From: Candidatus Bathyarchaeota archaeon
GTDB taxonomy: Archaea; Thermoproteota; Bathyarchaeia; Bathyarchaeales; Bathycorpusculaceae
Assembly (NCBI GenBank): GCA_963733095.1
Contig: CAVTBV010000010.1
Coordinates: forward strand, 21,358 to 85,357
Direction: 5' to 3'
DNA: 64,000 bases
The position numbers were made by a program, and so were the translations under genes. The notes beneath the pieces were generated by a model. The model saw only the letters and a program-made list of their open reading frames with translations, ran no database searches and was not told the DNA's origin. Numbering within the stretch: the stretch's first letter is position 1; the number at the start of each line of letters is the position of its first letter. Shown here in pieces: positions 46,930 through 59,460 of the stretch.

Positions 46930-49846
46930 TTAAGGTCGCTTTCTAATCATCATTACCGCTACTAGAGCGAGTACAACGATGATCAATACGAATAGTCCTG
47001 CGATTGCTGGTATGAAGTATTGATCGGCTACAGATGATGTTGTGTTAGGAACTGGGGTTGCAGTTGCCGCTGCGTCCATTATGTTGAATGTGGTTTCGGA
47101 GGATGATGGCCAGTAGCCGTTGGTGCCTGCGAAAGTGGCTATAACAGTGTAGTCGCCTGGAATGTCGGGGGTCCATGTGAGACTGTACATGCCAGTTGCA
47201 TCAGTGGTTGCAGTGCCGATGTTTCTGAAGTTGCCGTTGGAGTCAAAGACTTCTAGGGTTACTTGAACGCCTTCAAAGTTCGTTGGAAAAGCTTTTTGCT
47301 GGTAGACATATCCCATCCAGTCTTTCATTATAGAGTCAGATGCTACTGGAACTCCGTTGGGGAAGTCAGCTGCTTGCTGGTTTTGTTCTGTGCCTGCTGA
47401 AATGTCTATTACGGTGCCTCTTATGACCACGTTACTGTTTAGTGTGGAGACTGCCGGTGAAGCTGTGATTGTTGTGGTACTTGGTCCTCTGCCTATGCTG
47501 TAGATGTTGTTGTCAAGACCGTTCATGCATGTTAAGTAGCCGTCTGCAACAGCCCAAGCACTACCGGGGCTAGACCACTCACTGGGATAACCAGAAAGCT
47601 GCCAAATCAACTCACCAGTAGTCGCGTTAAGAGCAGTATACGTACAGCCCTTGTATAGCGGATTAGGTATCGTGTGCTCATTAGTCGCCAAATAGATCAC
47701 GCCGCCAGCAATCGACTGAATAAACGTCGGATAATGCCCATACGAAAGAGACAAGCCAGCATTAGTACTGTTGCCCTCACCATCATTACCCCAAGTCCAC
47801 TTCAACTGTCCAGTTACAATATCGTAGGCATAGCATGTACCAGAAAATCCACTGGTATAGAGGTTGCCGTAAGCAGGAACACTAAGCATAGTATTGCCAA
47901 CACCATAGTAGTCAAAGTCAGATTGACGCGGAGTCGTGTACAAAAGACTGCCAGAATCCAAACTGTACGCTACCCAATTGAGTGTTTCCTCATAGTTAAA
48001 GTAGAAGACACGGTTCTGGAAGTCAGTTGCTCCATTCGCATAAGTAATGTTGCCTGGTACGGGATCATATGTCTTCATCCAAAGAATCGAACCAACAGCT
48101 CCGCGAGATGCGTTGAGGTTGACAGTGAACAGTGTGTAAGGATTTTGTATGCCGCCGTTGCTGCTTCCTTTGAAGCCAACAGGTAGGGAGCCGTTTCTGC
48201 AAAGCATCACATCGCCGTAGCTAGCTCGAAATCACCGATACTGGATTTGTTCCAGCTCGTGGAATTGATACTTCTCCTGTAGTTGTACTGTAAGTTGGAG
48301 CCAAAGGCATAGTGTTGAGCCATGGGAGTGAAATGTTCCAGTCATAAGTTGTTATGCCCTGACCTGCAACACCGACTCCGCCGCGTTGTCCACCGATGGT
48401 GCTGATGTTGATGGGGATGTTTGCATCGACTGTTATTGTGGAGCCGTAAGGTACTGATACGGTTGATCCACTGGGTGAAGTGCCTGTAGTGCCTAGATTT
48501 GGATTAGATGGAATGGTTGAAATTATGACTAGGTTGCTTGCGTTGATAACGGATGGGTTAAAACTTCCACGTCCGGTGTATGGGTTAACGTCGTATTGCC
48601 AAAGCTTGCTTGAGTTCCATTCAGCCAAATACCACTGTGGATTCGCATTCGTGCCTGCATTCGCAAAGACATACCGTATTTGCTCGCCGGTTGGACCCGC
48701 AACAGATGTGCCAGAAGGAACACCAGTTACGTTAAACAACTGCTCGCCTGTGTACGCATCATAAGCCCTGCCAAAGTTGGAAGTGAACAGTATTGGCGGA
48801 AAAGTCCCATGCTGATCGCCGTTCCAAAGGTTGTATATGTAGCCAAACGAAAGCGGTGCAACATCAGTGCGAGACCAAAGAACCTGCCCTGTGCGAAGGT
48901 CAACGGCGGTGACTGGTCCACTGCTTGGACCTGTAAAGGATATTGTTTCTGTGTAGAAGAGGGTCCCGCTGATTATTATGGGGTTGCTGAATCTTGGTTC
49001 GTATGAACTACCCTCAAAGTATTGAACTCCTTGAACTGCGCCGTTGGGGTTTGTGCCTCCTTCAACGAAGGGATTGCCGCCCACTACTCCTCCGAATTGA
49101 AGCGGTCTTGTCCACATAACGTGAGAAGTCAAAGGTCCAACACCATCGGGCACGTAGAGTCTGTTGCTAGTATAGCCGCCTAGAACTGGGGACCCTGAAC
49201 CTAGCCAGTTGGATGAGATTATCCACCAGTCTGTGCCTTCACCGTAAATTGGGTGCGTCCAGTATTGCGTTGGAAGCGGAGAGCTGCCTATCGCCGCTGG
49301 TATTGGTTCTTGCTGTACAGTAAGGGTTGTAGATGCGGAGCTGCCTAAATATGAGTCGCCGATCAGTACCGATTTTTCGTAACCGTTGCCATTCTCACCG
49401 TAGACCTGTCCTGGGTAAGTAAAGTTGAAAATGTAGGTGCCGACTTGGTCTGGCGCAAATTTATAAAATTGCGATGATGTGGTGTCTGTTATAGTGGCAA
49501 AAGTCTGATGTGTAACTGTTCCATCAGGTGCAGTAATGTCAAGTTGGTAGTTGTGGAATCTATAGAAGTTCGCTGTCAAGGCTGCACTGGTCGTAGAAGC
49601 GTTAGTCCCAACTTCGGTAGTACTGCCTCCAGCTGCGCCGTAAACAGCGTCAAGCCACATGTAAACGTGTACGTCTTGACCGATACCTACAGGGTCAGGT
49701 GCCGCAACAATGTAAGCATATGTTGGAATTTCCCAACCAGGCGTATGTGCATTGGCATTAGGTATCAATGATATTGAGGCTGTCATTGAAATTGTCAAGA
49801 TTGCTGCAATCAAAATAGCTGCATTTTTATTTTTCATTTTTAACAT
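46930..49846 (-). CDS. second PQQ-like beta-propeller surface protein, split by one frameshift near 48230
   Basis: Both halves are colinear with the 43246-45888 paralog; removing one T restores VIRASYGDVMLC. Confidence 0.82.
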
Positions 49847-50509
49847 TTTTTTCCTTTCCTTTTTTCGGTGCTAACTACTTACGTCAGTTTTGTTTAAAAG
49901 AAATTGTAACAAGTAGTACTTGTGACAAAATACTTATAAGGCAATTTTGCCATTATTCTCGTTTTTTAGAAATACTAAATTTAAATCTTAAAAGGCACCC
50001 AATTTTTTAAAAATCACTTTTTCTCTGATTATTTCTTTTTCTCTCACTATCAGAATTACCTTGCTTAAGAACGCAAGTATATGACTTTTTGCTGCGCAGG
50101 ACATTAAATCGACGTGAAGCGTTGAATAGAGAGGTCAGGAAAAAGACTATTGCAATTCTTAGGAACAGAGTAGCAAGGAAAAACTTTGATAATGACAAGT
50201 CTTAAATCTGCAAAGCACAGAATGCTAAGACGACTAATATGACTGAAAGCAAAGTGATTGGTTATACCGAGTTTTTTGGTAAAGTGAACGCCATAGTAGT
50301 TAGAAACGGAGAAGTTGAACTTCAAGAAACAAAAATAAATAGAACCGACTGCTGCTGGAAAGATTAAAACAAACAAAACGAAAAAATACTCAATTGCAGA
50401 ACACTGCTCAATCAATGAAAAATATTGTAGTTTTTGTGTAGGATGAAAAGGGAATAGTATAATAAAGAATGGCCAACTGAAGCAAATATAATTTCAAATG
50501 TGGGTCATG

Positions 50510-50887
50510 TTATTCTAATCTAAAAATTATTGCTAATTTTTTCTTGTTTAAATCGTTGCGAATTCTAACCCATTCAGCAGGCATGTCATCTTTTTCTTCT
50601 TCCGTTAATTTTCTAGCAGTTAAATCATTGTTGACATGAAAAGGACGCTTACATGATTGACAGATATCAAATGGAAACAGTTCGTCCAGTGGCTTTTCTA
50701 TTTTCTGAATTACACCACAATAGGGGCAAAATGTGTCTTTTGACATCGTTTTTACCTCATTTTCTTTTACCATTATTTCTAAATTATCTTCTAACTCTTC
50801 CCAAGAAGGATAAATCCGACGAAGAGGGGAGTCTCCTTTCCTCCACATAACTCGAAGCATATTCAATAACTCTTTTTTTTCACTCAA
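50510..50887 (-). CDS. hypothetical protein with zinc-ribbon motif
   Basis: CPYCG and CQSC; GGAGGT RBS. Confidence 0.65.
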   Translation of the reverse strand: MSEKKELLNMLRVMWRKGDSPLRRIYPSWEELEDNLEIMVKENEVKTMSKDTFCPYCGVIQKIEKPLDELFPFDICQSCKRPFHVNNDLTARKLTEEEKDDMPAEWVRIRNDLNKKKLAIIFRLE

Positions 50888-51229
50888 AGAAGCTTACCTC
50901 CTTTCAGCACTTGACTTGTTTTCTCTTCTCAATGCTTCCAATTCTCTAGATACGCAATCATAGGTAAAAGTATAGCTGACAATCTATAGAGGTTTCAGAA
51001 ATCTCCGTGAATACATCCATGTTATTGTAATTGTCTTTTTTGATTTTAGAAACATTTTAAAGAAGAGCCGCGCGCGCTTAAAAAAATTAAGTAAACCCTG
51101 ATTTTTACAGGCAATAATATAATTTTTTAGGTTTGGTTAAGGTTGGTTTTAAGGGCATGCTAAGAAGCAGTCCATATCAAAGTTGACCCAAAAACCGTAT
51201 TCAAAAATTCGATGCCTAATATTCTAAAG

Positions 51230-51900
51230 CTAAAAACATTTTAAATGTTGTAGTCTTGATTTTCCCCTTGACCGCTCTCTTCTTTGTTCATCAACTACTT
51301 CGATTTTTATGTAACCTTTCTTGAAGGCTAAAGCAAACAACGGCAACCAACACAACCACAGCGGTAGCGAGTATGCCACATTTTGTGTTGTTAACAGATT
51401 TGTTTCTGGCGAAGTTGTTGGGGATGGGGTTGGGGTTTGTGAGTTGGAGTTGACGGTTGGGGCTGTGGTTTGAAGTTGTCGCTGTTGGAGCTTGCGGTGG
51501 AACTCGCCACGAGGCGCTGGCGAAGGCGTAACCGTAGATGTATCATTAGTTGTAGTGATAGTGTAGATTCCAGAATCACCCCACAAACCCAAAGAATTAT
51601 TAGCAAACTCCCGAAAACCAACAACAGCCCCAACCTTACTGTTCAGGGTCAACGTGGCATTGCCCCAGCATGGAGTAGAAGAGAAAGCCACCCAAGACGC
51701 ATTAACCCACTGCCCAGAATTATTCGTACTAAAAACGTATCCACCACCCGACAAACTATAGTCATCACTCCATAAAGAAGAGAATGTGACTGTTTTGCCC
51801 ACAATTGTGGAGGATAGGATAAGTTTGAAGCAGAAGGAGGTTGCGGTTCCAATCTAATTCTCCATGAACAAGACGCGAACTGCGATTAAGGGTAAACTTG
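51230..51900 (-). pseudogene. C-terminal part of a membrane-anchored surface protein (paralog of 57800-59460), frameshifted and 5'-truncated
   Basis: Shared GELDWN, LWSD..SLS, STNNxGQW, GFREFANNSLG and AFKKGY motifs. Confidence 0.65.
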
Positions 51901-51910
51901 ACAATTATAA

Positions 51911-51994
51911 TTAAATCTGAAAGTTGTTGCAACCGGTGTGCAGAATGCAGTTGCAGCAACAACAACACAACTTCTCTTGGGTCAATCGTCGATT
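51911..51994. repeat. copy 2 of ~80-bp hairpin-forming direct repeat
   Basis: Core identical to 40421-40465. Confidence 0.9.
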
Positions 51995-52353
51995 ACCCAG
52001 GGTTTGTTGATCCAGCTTCATGGACCAATCCTGATTCAGTCGAAGAGGTTGAAGCTTCCTATGCCCTCATTCACTCTCAACCCACTTTGAAGAAGAAACT
52101 TTGCAAATAACTGCTCATTATCTCTGAGTTCCCAAAAAAACAATTAATTCTCGAATATATATGGGAAATCGAATTTTGAAGAAGTCCATTTTCATTATGA
52201 AAACAAATCCTAATATTTGGATATGGCATTCTCAGACTTATCTTGCAGCGAAAATAGCTATCACGGATATCCAGACACGTTAGCCTTTAATATAATCGAG
52301 GATTGATTTTCAAACCAGTTACATACATATATGACCATTAAGTGGAGAATAGC

Positions 52354-53780
52354 ATGCATAAAATTGTAGTCGTTGGTATGGGGTATGTCGGGATACCTGT
52401 CGCTTCTCTCTTGGCAGATGTAGAGGGTTTCAGTGTTATTGGAGTTCAACGTACGGTCTAAACGGTCAGGTTGGAAGATAGATTGGCTAAATAACGGTAA
52501 GAATCCGATTGGTGGCGACGAACCAGGCCTCTCTGAACTTATAACTCGAGTAGTTAAGAAAGGAACTTTTAGGGTAGACGAGAACCTTGAGGTATGTAAG
52601 GATGCCGAGGCTATCCTAATAGATGTTCAAACTCCGACTGATGAGAGCCGAATCCAAGGTATGAGTCACTTAGAGAAGTTAGTGAAGCTGTAGGCAGATG
52701 CATAAGCCCAGGCACACTTGTAGTCATTGAATCCACAGTTGCTCCTGGAACTACAGAGAACATAGTGAAACCAATACTCGAAAAGTCGTCTGGAATGAAA
52801 GTCGGCAAAGACATCTTTCTGGCGTTTTGTTACGAAAGAGTAATGGTAGGTCGTTTGCTAAAGAACATAACTGAACTACCCAGAATCATCGGTGGAGTAG
52901 ACCCTCAGAGCACTCAGAGGGCAATGGTTATTTACAAACACATTGTTAAAGCAAAGCTTTGCCCCACAAACGTTCTAACAGCAGAAGTTGCCAAAACGGT
53001 CGAAAACGCCTACAGAGATGTCAACATTGCTTTCGCCAATTGAAGTCGCCTTATCTGTGAAAGCCTCGGAATAGATGCTTTTGAGGTCCGAGAATTGGTA
53101 AACACTTTACCGAATGATCCAACGAATCCAGCGTCAAACCCCTATAGAAACATGCATTATCCCGGCTGTGGCGTAGGTGGTCATTGCCTTCCAAAGGACT
53201 CCTGGTTGCTAAAATATGGCTTAGATGAATACGGTAAAACAAAATTCTTCCCCAAGCTATTGACGGCTAGCAGAGAACTAAACGATGCTATGCCAATTCA
53301 TATGGCGGATCTTTTGGAGCAAGCATTAGCTGAAATAGGAAAGAGCTTGAAAAACTCAAAAGTAGCAATTTTAGGAGTAGCTTTTCTCGAAAAACCAGAT
53401 GATACAAGAAACACTCCTACAACTACGCTGTAAAAGCTTTCCTAAGTTAAGCGAGGAGCCAAACCTGTTTGCATGATCCAATTGTTCGTGATTTTGATAT
53501 TGTTTTTTCAAATAATTTGGAAGAGACAATCAAGAACGCAGTCGGAGTGCTTCTAATGACAAAGCATAATGAGTACTTGAAAATAGATCTAAATGACATG
53601 AGAAGTAAAGTTGCTACGCCTATACTAATCGATGGAAGAAACGTTTTCAATGCCGAGACTGCGATTAAAGCTGGGTTCATTTATAAGGGAATAGGAAAAG
53701 GTAGAACGGTTAAAGGAAAGCTAATTGTTTTAGCTAACTTTTCGCTCATCTTCGCAGGCTTTCAACTACTTTTTCGATAA
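52354..53780 (+). CDS. nucleotide-sugar (UDP-GlcNAc/ManNAc) dehydrogenase, multiply frameshifted
   Basis: VVGMGYVG, IESTVAPGTT, ENAYRDVNIAFAN, GVGGHCLPKD, DGRN. Confidence 0.85.
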
Positions 53781-54731
53781 CATCTACAGGATTCTCTAAT
53801 TCCGCAAGCTTACTCTGAACATCAAATCGCTTGCCCAAAAACTTCTTTGCGTAACCAAGAACACCTTGCTCAGTAGTTATGAAAAGCGGAAAGCCCTTCT
53901 TGGCAACATACTGGTTCACATAAGTCTTAGCCATATCAGAGATTGCAATGCTTGGAACACCTAGTAATGCAGCCTCACGAGCAATCGTACCCCCGTAACT
54001 AACAACCAAATCGGAATTAGCAACTAAATTAGCGGAATCCTCAAAGCCAGCCTTTACCCCGAAGGTTTTGCCTTCCTCGTTATATCTTGTATAAAGTGCA
54101 CGTTCCCTAATACAGACAGCTGTTTTGCGATAACACCTGCTAAATCGGGTTTTCCCTGAGCATAAACCGCTCTTGCCTCTATTTGCCTGACAACTATCAA
54201 CGGTCGCTTCACTCCATAGATTTTTGAAGGCTTGAAGCCCTTCAATCCAAGCAACCTCATCTACCCCTTTAAACTGTTTTACATTTTTGATACAATAAGG
54301 TCTCGTAAAGCTCTTGGGTAACGCCTCTGAGACTACAACAGTATGAGCGAAAGGCATGCATCGTAAGCCTATTGACTGCAAGAGCGTATGGTGTATCAGC
54401 AGTCAGAATAATGGGAATCCCTAAGCCAAAAGCTGTTGAACAAAGCTCGACTGACTGATGAGCTATAGCAATATCAGGTGGGTTGTCTTCAAAGAGTTTG
54501 GAGAATTTAATTATGCGCTCAGCACTCTCTTCAAGTCGCGAAGTTAGCGTAGATGGGCTGTATTTGCGAATAATTATTGGATTCTCTCCAAGAATCTTTG
54601 CAAGCGGTATAGTATCTCTGGATGTTCCCGAGTTGTAAAAACAAAGTCATGCGCCTCTCTTCAAGCGCTTTGCTATTGCGATTGCATACCTAACCTGCTT
54701 GCCGGTGCAAGCGTCAATACCATATCTTCAT
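53746..54731 (-). CDS. DUF354-family protein, frameshifted
   Basis: DACTGKQVRY start, FKGVDEVAWI, GGTIAREAALLGVPSI. Confidence 0.7.
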
Positions 54732-55029
54732 GTTTCTTCACCTAATGGTTAGCAAAAAGCTCCAAGTAAGTTCCAAATAACCGATGACATGTTTTGCATT
54801 TTGCATAGCTTGTCCTTTCCTGTTTCAACCTTAAAAAGTTTAATATTGGCATTAATGTTAAAGGTAAGCAACTGGTTGAGAAACTGTTTGACAGGTAAAC
54901 AAGATTAGTCAAGGCTTAACCTGAAAGACAATTCGAGTTATGGATTTAACGAATGGATTGCAACATAGAAAAGTAAAAGAGAAGAGTTCATATACTCGCA
55001 GGCTCCCGGAAAAGGACGCTTGTAAAAGT

Positions 55030-55981
55030 ATGAAGAAACTTGGTGTAGCAGTAATCGGAACAGGGCAATGGGGTAAAAACCACGCCCGAGTCTATAAAGA
55101 GCTTCAATCATCTGAACTCATAGCAGTTTGCGATGTTAACTCTGAAAGAGCTAAAGCCATGGCAAACCAGTATGGAGTAAAAGCCTACTCAGATAGCAAA
55201 GAAATGCTAAAAGACAAAAATATCGAAGCCGTCAACATTTGCACATGGTCTACGATACTTGCCCAAGAAGCACTCAAAGCACTAAACGCTGGCAAGCACG
55301 TACTGGTGGAGAAGCCCATGGCGACAAACCCTGACAAGCCGAGAAACTTGTACAAACAGCAAAGGAAAACGGACTCCACTTAACCGTGGGCTTTCTCATG
55401 AGATTCATACCAGGTCTACAAAACATTCGCCAATTGGCCGGACAAGAAAATTGGAGACTTAGTATGCGCAACCGCAAAACGTGTTTCGCAATGGCCAGAG
55501 CGAGTCGGCGGCATGGCTGGTACATCGTCAAAGATACAGCCATACACGATATTGATGTCATGCACTTTATTTCAGGGGAGCAACCGACATCGGTTTATGC
55601 AAAGGTAGGGAGCATGAGAATCAAAAAGTTCGAAGACTACGCGCATATAATGCTTACTTACAAGGATGGCAAAAGCGCATCTACGAATCCAACTGGCTCA
55701 CGCCCTACAAGACACGAACCTTAACGGTGACTGGAAGCGCCGCCATAATGCGACTCGACTACAATACACAGGATTTGTGGATTGAACAGCAAACCGAAAC
55801 CGTGCAACCTCGCCTTCCATTCCAAGAACCCCTAAAAGTGGAGCTTCAGCACTTCATCGATTGCATCACAGAGAAAAAGAAGCCTTTGGTAACAGGCGAA
55901 GACGGCGTCAAAGCGCTAGAAGTTGCTATTGCAGCATTACAATCGTCGGTAAAAAACAGGATAATACAACTAAAAAGATAG
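55030..55981 (+). CDS. Gfo/Idh/MocA oxidoreductase (WbpB-like), frameshifted
   Basis: VIGTGQWGKNHARV, GKHVLVEKP, DTAIHDID. Confidence 0.85.
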
Positions 55982-56155
55982 AAATAATTTCAGATAACAG
56001 CTTGCCTTCCGAGCTGATCTTGCAGGCACTATCCAACCCATTTTCTTTTAAAAAAAATCAAGTTATCCGCTTCTTTTCGGCAACAGGCTCAAGGTTATCA
56101 CCGATAAGTTGAAATACGTTTTCTAATCAACAGCATGCTTAATTGAGGCAACACT

Positions 56156-57259
56156 ATGATTCCGATTAACCTTCCAAAGATAGGCGACGAAGAAATACAA
56201 GCTGTAGTCGAAGTTATGAAGAGTGGTATACTAACCAGTGGGTTAGGCGCTGGATTAAAAGTCAAGGAGTTTGAAAAAAACTATTCCGAGTTTGCAGGGG
56301 TAAAACATGCCATAGCAGTTAATACAGGCACTGCGGCCTCCATTCAGCGTTGATGGCGGTTGGAATTAAGGCTGGTGACGAGATTATTTTGCCTAGCTTC
56401 ACATTTGTGGCGACCGCAGAAGCGGTAGTGTTGGCGGGCGGTAAACCAGTTTCGCTGACATTGACCCCGAAACGTATACGCTCTCGCCAGAGGCTACTAA
56501 AAAAGCTATAACAAAGAAAACGAAAGCAATAGTTCCTGTTGACCTCTATGGTTTACCTGCAGATACTAAACCGATAAGAGAAATATCTGCGGAGTCTAAC
56601 ATTGCAATTGTTGAGGACTGCGCTCAATCACATGGAGCGACCTATGAAGGAAAGCCCGCTGGTACTTGCGCTGATTTAGCATGCTGGAGCCTCTATGCAG
56701 CTAAAAACATAGGCACAGGCGAAGGCGGAATGGTGACAACAAACAATGATGAACTAGCCGAAAAAACTAAGATGGTAAGGACCCATGGCGAAAGAACAAA
56801 ATATAACTCACTTATGCTGGGCACTAACTACCGCATGACTGAAATCCAAGCAGCCATCGGAATAGTTCAACTTCAACCGCCTTCCGAATTTCTTTGAAAA
56901 AAGATCCAAAAACGCTCAAAGATTAACCAAAATGTTGGAAGGTGTAGACAAACTAACTTTGCCTCCAAAACTTAAGGAACGAAAACACAGTTGGTATCTC
57001 TACACAGTCAGAATTAATGGCGCTACAGAAGCGAAAAGAAACAGCATCATCCAGCGAGATGCATGACAAAGGCATAGGCGCCGAGGCATACTACCCCATA
57101 CCTATCAACCAAATGCCCTACTACAAAGAAAACTTTGGAACCTACAACCTGCCAGAAACCGAAAAGGCTGCAAAACAAGTTATTTCATTGCCAATTCACC
57201 CGATTGTGACAGAAGAACAAATTGATCTAATCGCAGAGACTTTTCTTAAACTCCTTTAA
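56156..57259 (+). CDS. DegT/DnrJ/EryC1 sugar aminotransferase (WbpE-like), frameshifted
   Basis: AVNTGTAA, PSFTFVATAE, EDCAQSHG, KNIGTGEGG, SLPIHP. Confidence 0.88.
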
Positions 57260-57799
57260 TGCTTTTAGATATGGATTCTGTCAACAAAACAAAAAATATT
57301 CTATTGCTTCTTTTAGTGGTCCATATTTTTTGATGCTTTCACTTTGCAATTAATTTTGAATGCAAACCTTTCTTTTACTTAATCAGGGATGTACAAGGAT
57401 CAAATCCAAAGACCAAACCAGCTTATGACCTGATGGATAACAAAACACTGATTTTCAATAATTTTTTTGATTCACGTTTCTTTCTAAAGCTCTCACCATT
57501 CAGCCAAGCTATTTCATCGAAGTATTTATGGTATAATAATAGCCATTCCAATGGTGTTTTGATCATTGTGTTCGCTTACTTGACAACTATTGGGCTTTGA
57601 ATTGGTTTTGCTTAAAAACATTTTGTTCTCGAAATGAAGCCATTCAAACCTGTGAAAAATTTAGCTCAAAATAGTGAATATCTGAGTAATAAAATACAAA
57701 TTCAATAATTTACTCTTTCCAGCCTGACGATTACATTTAACAAGTATGGAAATAAGAAAAAGAGCATCTTATGCAAGACAAAAGTCGCACAACTCCATG

Positions 57800-59460
57800 C
57801 TATTCGTCAACAACATCAATAGTAACATACCCTTTCTTGAAAGCTAAAACAAAAAAAGCCGATAAAATGACTGCAATCGCAATAACTAATATCGAGCCAA
57901 GGGTATCTGTGAAAATTGCTCTGACGATGTTTGTGCAGATTCTGGAGTTTCGATTTCGAGTTGGTAAAACAGTCGGTTGCAATGAAGGAGATACACTTGG
58001 CGATGGAGATGCACAAGGTGTTGAACCAGGTATAGACTCGTTCTTATTAAAAGAAACCGTTGTTTTGACAGTATAAAGTTCAGAACTGACCCAAGTGCCT
58101 AATGAGTTATTGGCAAATTCTCGGAAACCTATAGTTGCACCGATATTACTGTTTAAAGTTAAAGTAACGTTACCCCAGCTTGGGCTGTTATTAAACGGTG
58201 TCCAAGTAGAATTAATCCACTGACCAGTATTATTTGTGCTGAAGATATAGCCGCACAGATAAACTACGGTTATCACTCCAGAGAGCCGAAAAAACCGTGA
58301 TGTTGCCGGCATTGCTTGTCGAAGTTGAAAGATCAGAAGCAGAAAGAGGTATAATTGAATTCCAATCAAGTTCTCCAATAGAGCCGTTATCGAGCGATAA
58401 AGTTACTGTATAGTTTTCGATGTTCCAAGCTCCAGATGTAAACATGGGCTTTCCAAGGTTGGTCCAAATGTTTAGGATTACAGTGTTGTTAGCTTGGAAG
58501 AGTAACTTGTTATCCATGAAAAAGTTGGTACATTTTATCTCGGTATTATCAGAAATGTTCACGTTTGCCCTATCGGCATAAACCAACATGGAATTGTTCG
58601 TTGAATTATCTACGAAATAGTAATGATTAGAGAAGTAGAACGGGTTGGGTTCGAGTTAAGATATAACGAGTTTACTTCATGTGCATTTAGTGAACGGTTG
58701 TAAATTCGAACATCATCAATCACTCCGTTAAAGGAACTATTTAGGAACCATGAATCGTAACCTATCTGCAGGGTTCTATTAGTTAAATCCATTGGTCCAC
58801 TTATAGCTAAAGGATAACCACTTACCTTTCCATTCACATAGATCACCATATTTGTGCCATTGTAAACTGCAGCAACATGTGTCCATGTGTCGTTTTGAAC
58901 AGCATCAGATAGAGATTGGCTGATTTTCCATGAACCACCTTGTTGCCAAAGGAAAACCACTTGCCCAGCAGGCGTCAAACGCAAAACATACTCAGGAGCT
59001 TTACCAATAATATAATCCATCTGACTTAAGCAAGGTTTAATCCAAGCTGATAAAGTAATTTCATTTTGTGTTTGAAAATTTGTTGAATTTTTTATAACCA
59101 CGTTCGAATTTCGCCGTTGAAGAAATAATCCATCCCCGTACTTTCCATCACACCATGAGGCACCTGTCATTGTGCCATTGGAGCCGCTTATACCGCTATC
59201 GTTAATTGCTGAACCAGAGCTTTCATCAAGTCGGCGGATAAGCCAACTAGAGCAGTATCTTTCGGTATTCCTTGATGGGGATCCACAGTAAAATTCACGG
59301 GTTTACTAAAGTCAATGTAGTTGGAATTATGGAAATCCCAGTAAGATGATTCCGAGTAATTGAAGCAAGAAACAAAGCTAACAATACTAAAAATGATTAA
59401 GCTGACCAAAAGGCAAATGCTAAGTCGTCTATTTGTTGGCAACCGTTTTAACTCCCTCAA
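57800..59460 (-). CDS. LamG-domain membrane-anchored surface protein, frameshifted
   Basis: ITLSAWIKP, WTHVAAVYNG, FNGVIDDVRIYNRSL; C-terminal TM. Confidence 0.75.

Noticed and set aside
39420-48235. Programmed frameshifting in the flippase (~39430) and second propeller gene (~48230)
   Set aside because: No clear slippery heptamer; single indels match the error pattern elsewhere in the window.
57260-57770. Possible methyltransferase remnant on the minus strand (GFDPC fragment)
   Set aside because: No continuous frame or clear SAM-binding motif.
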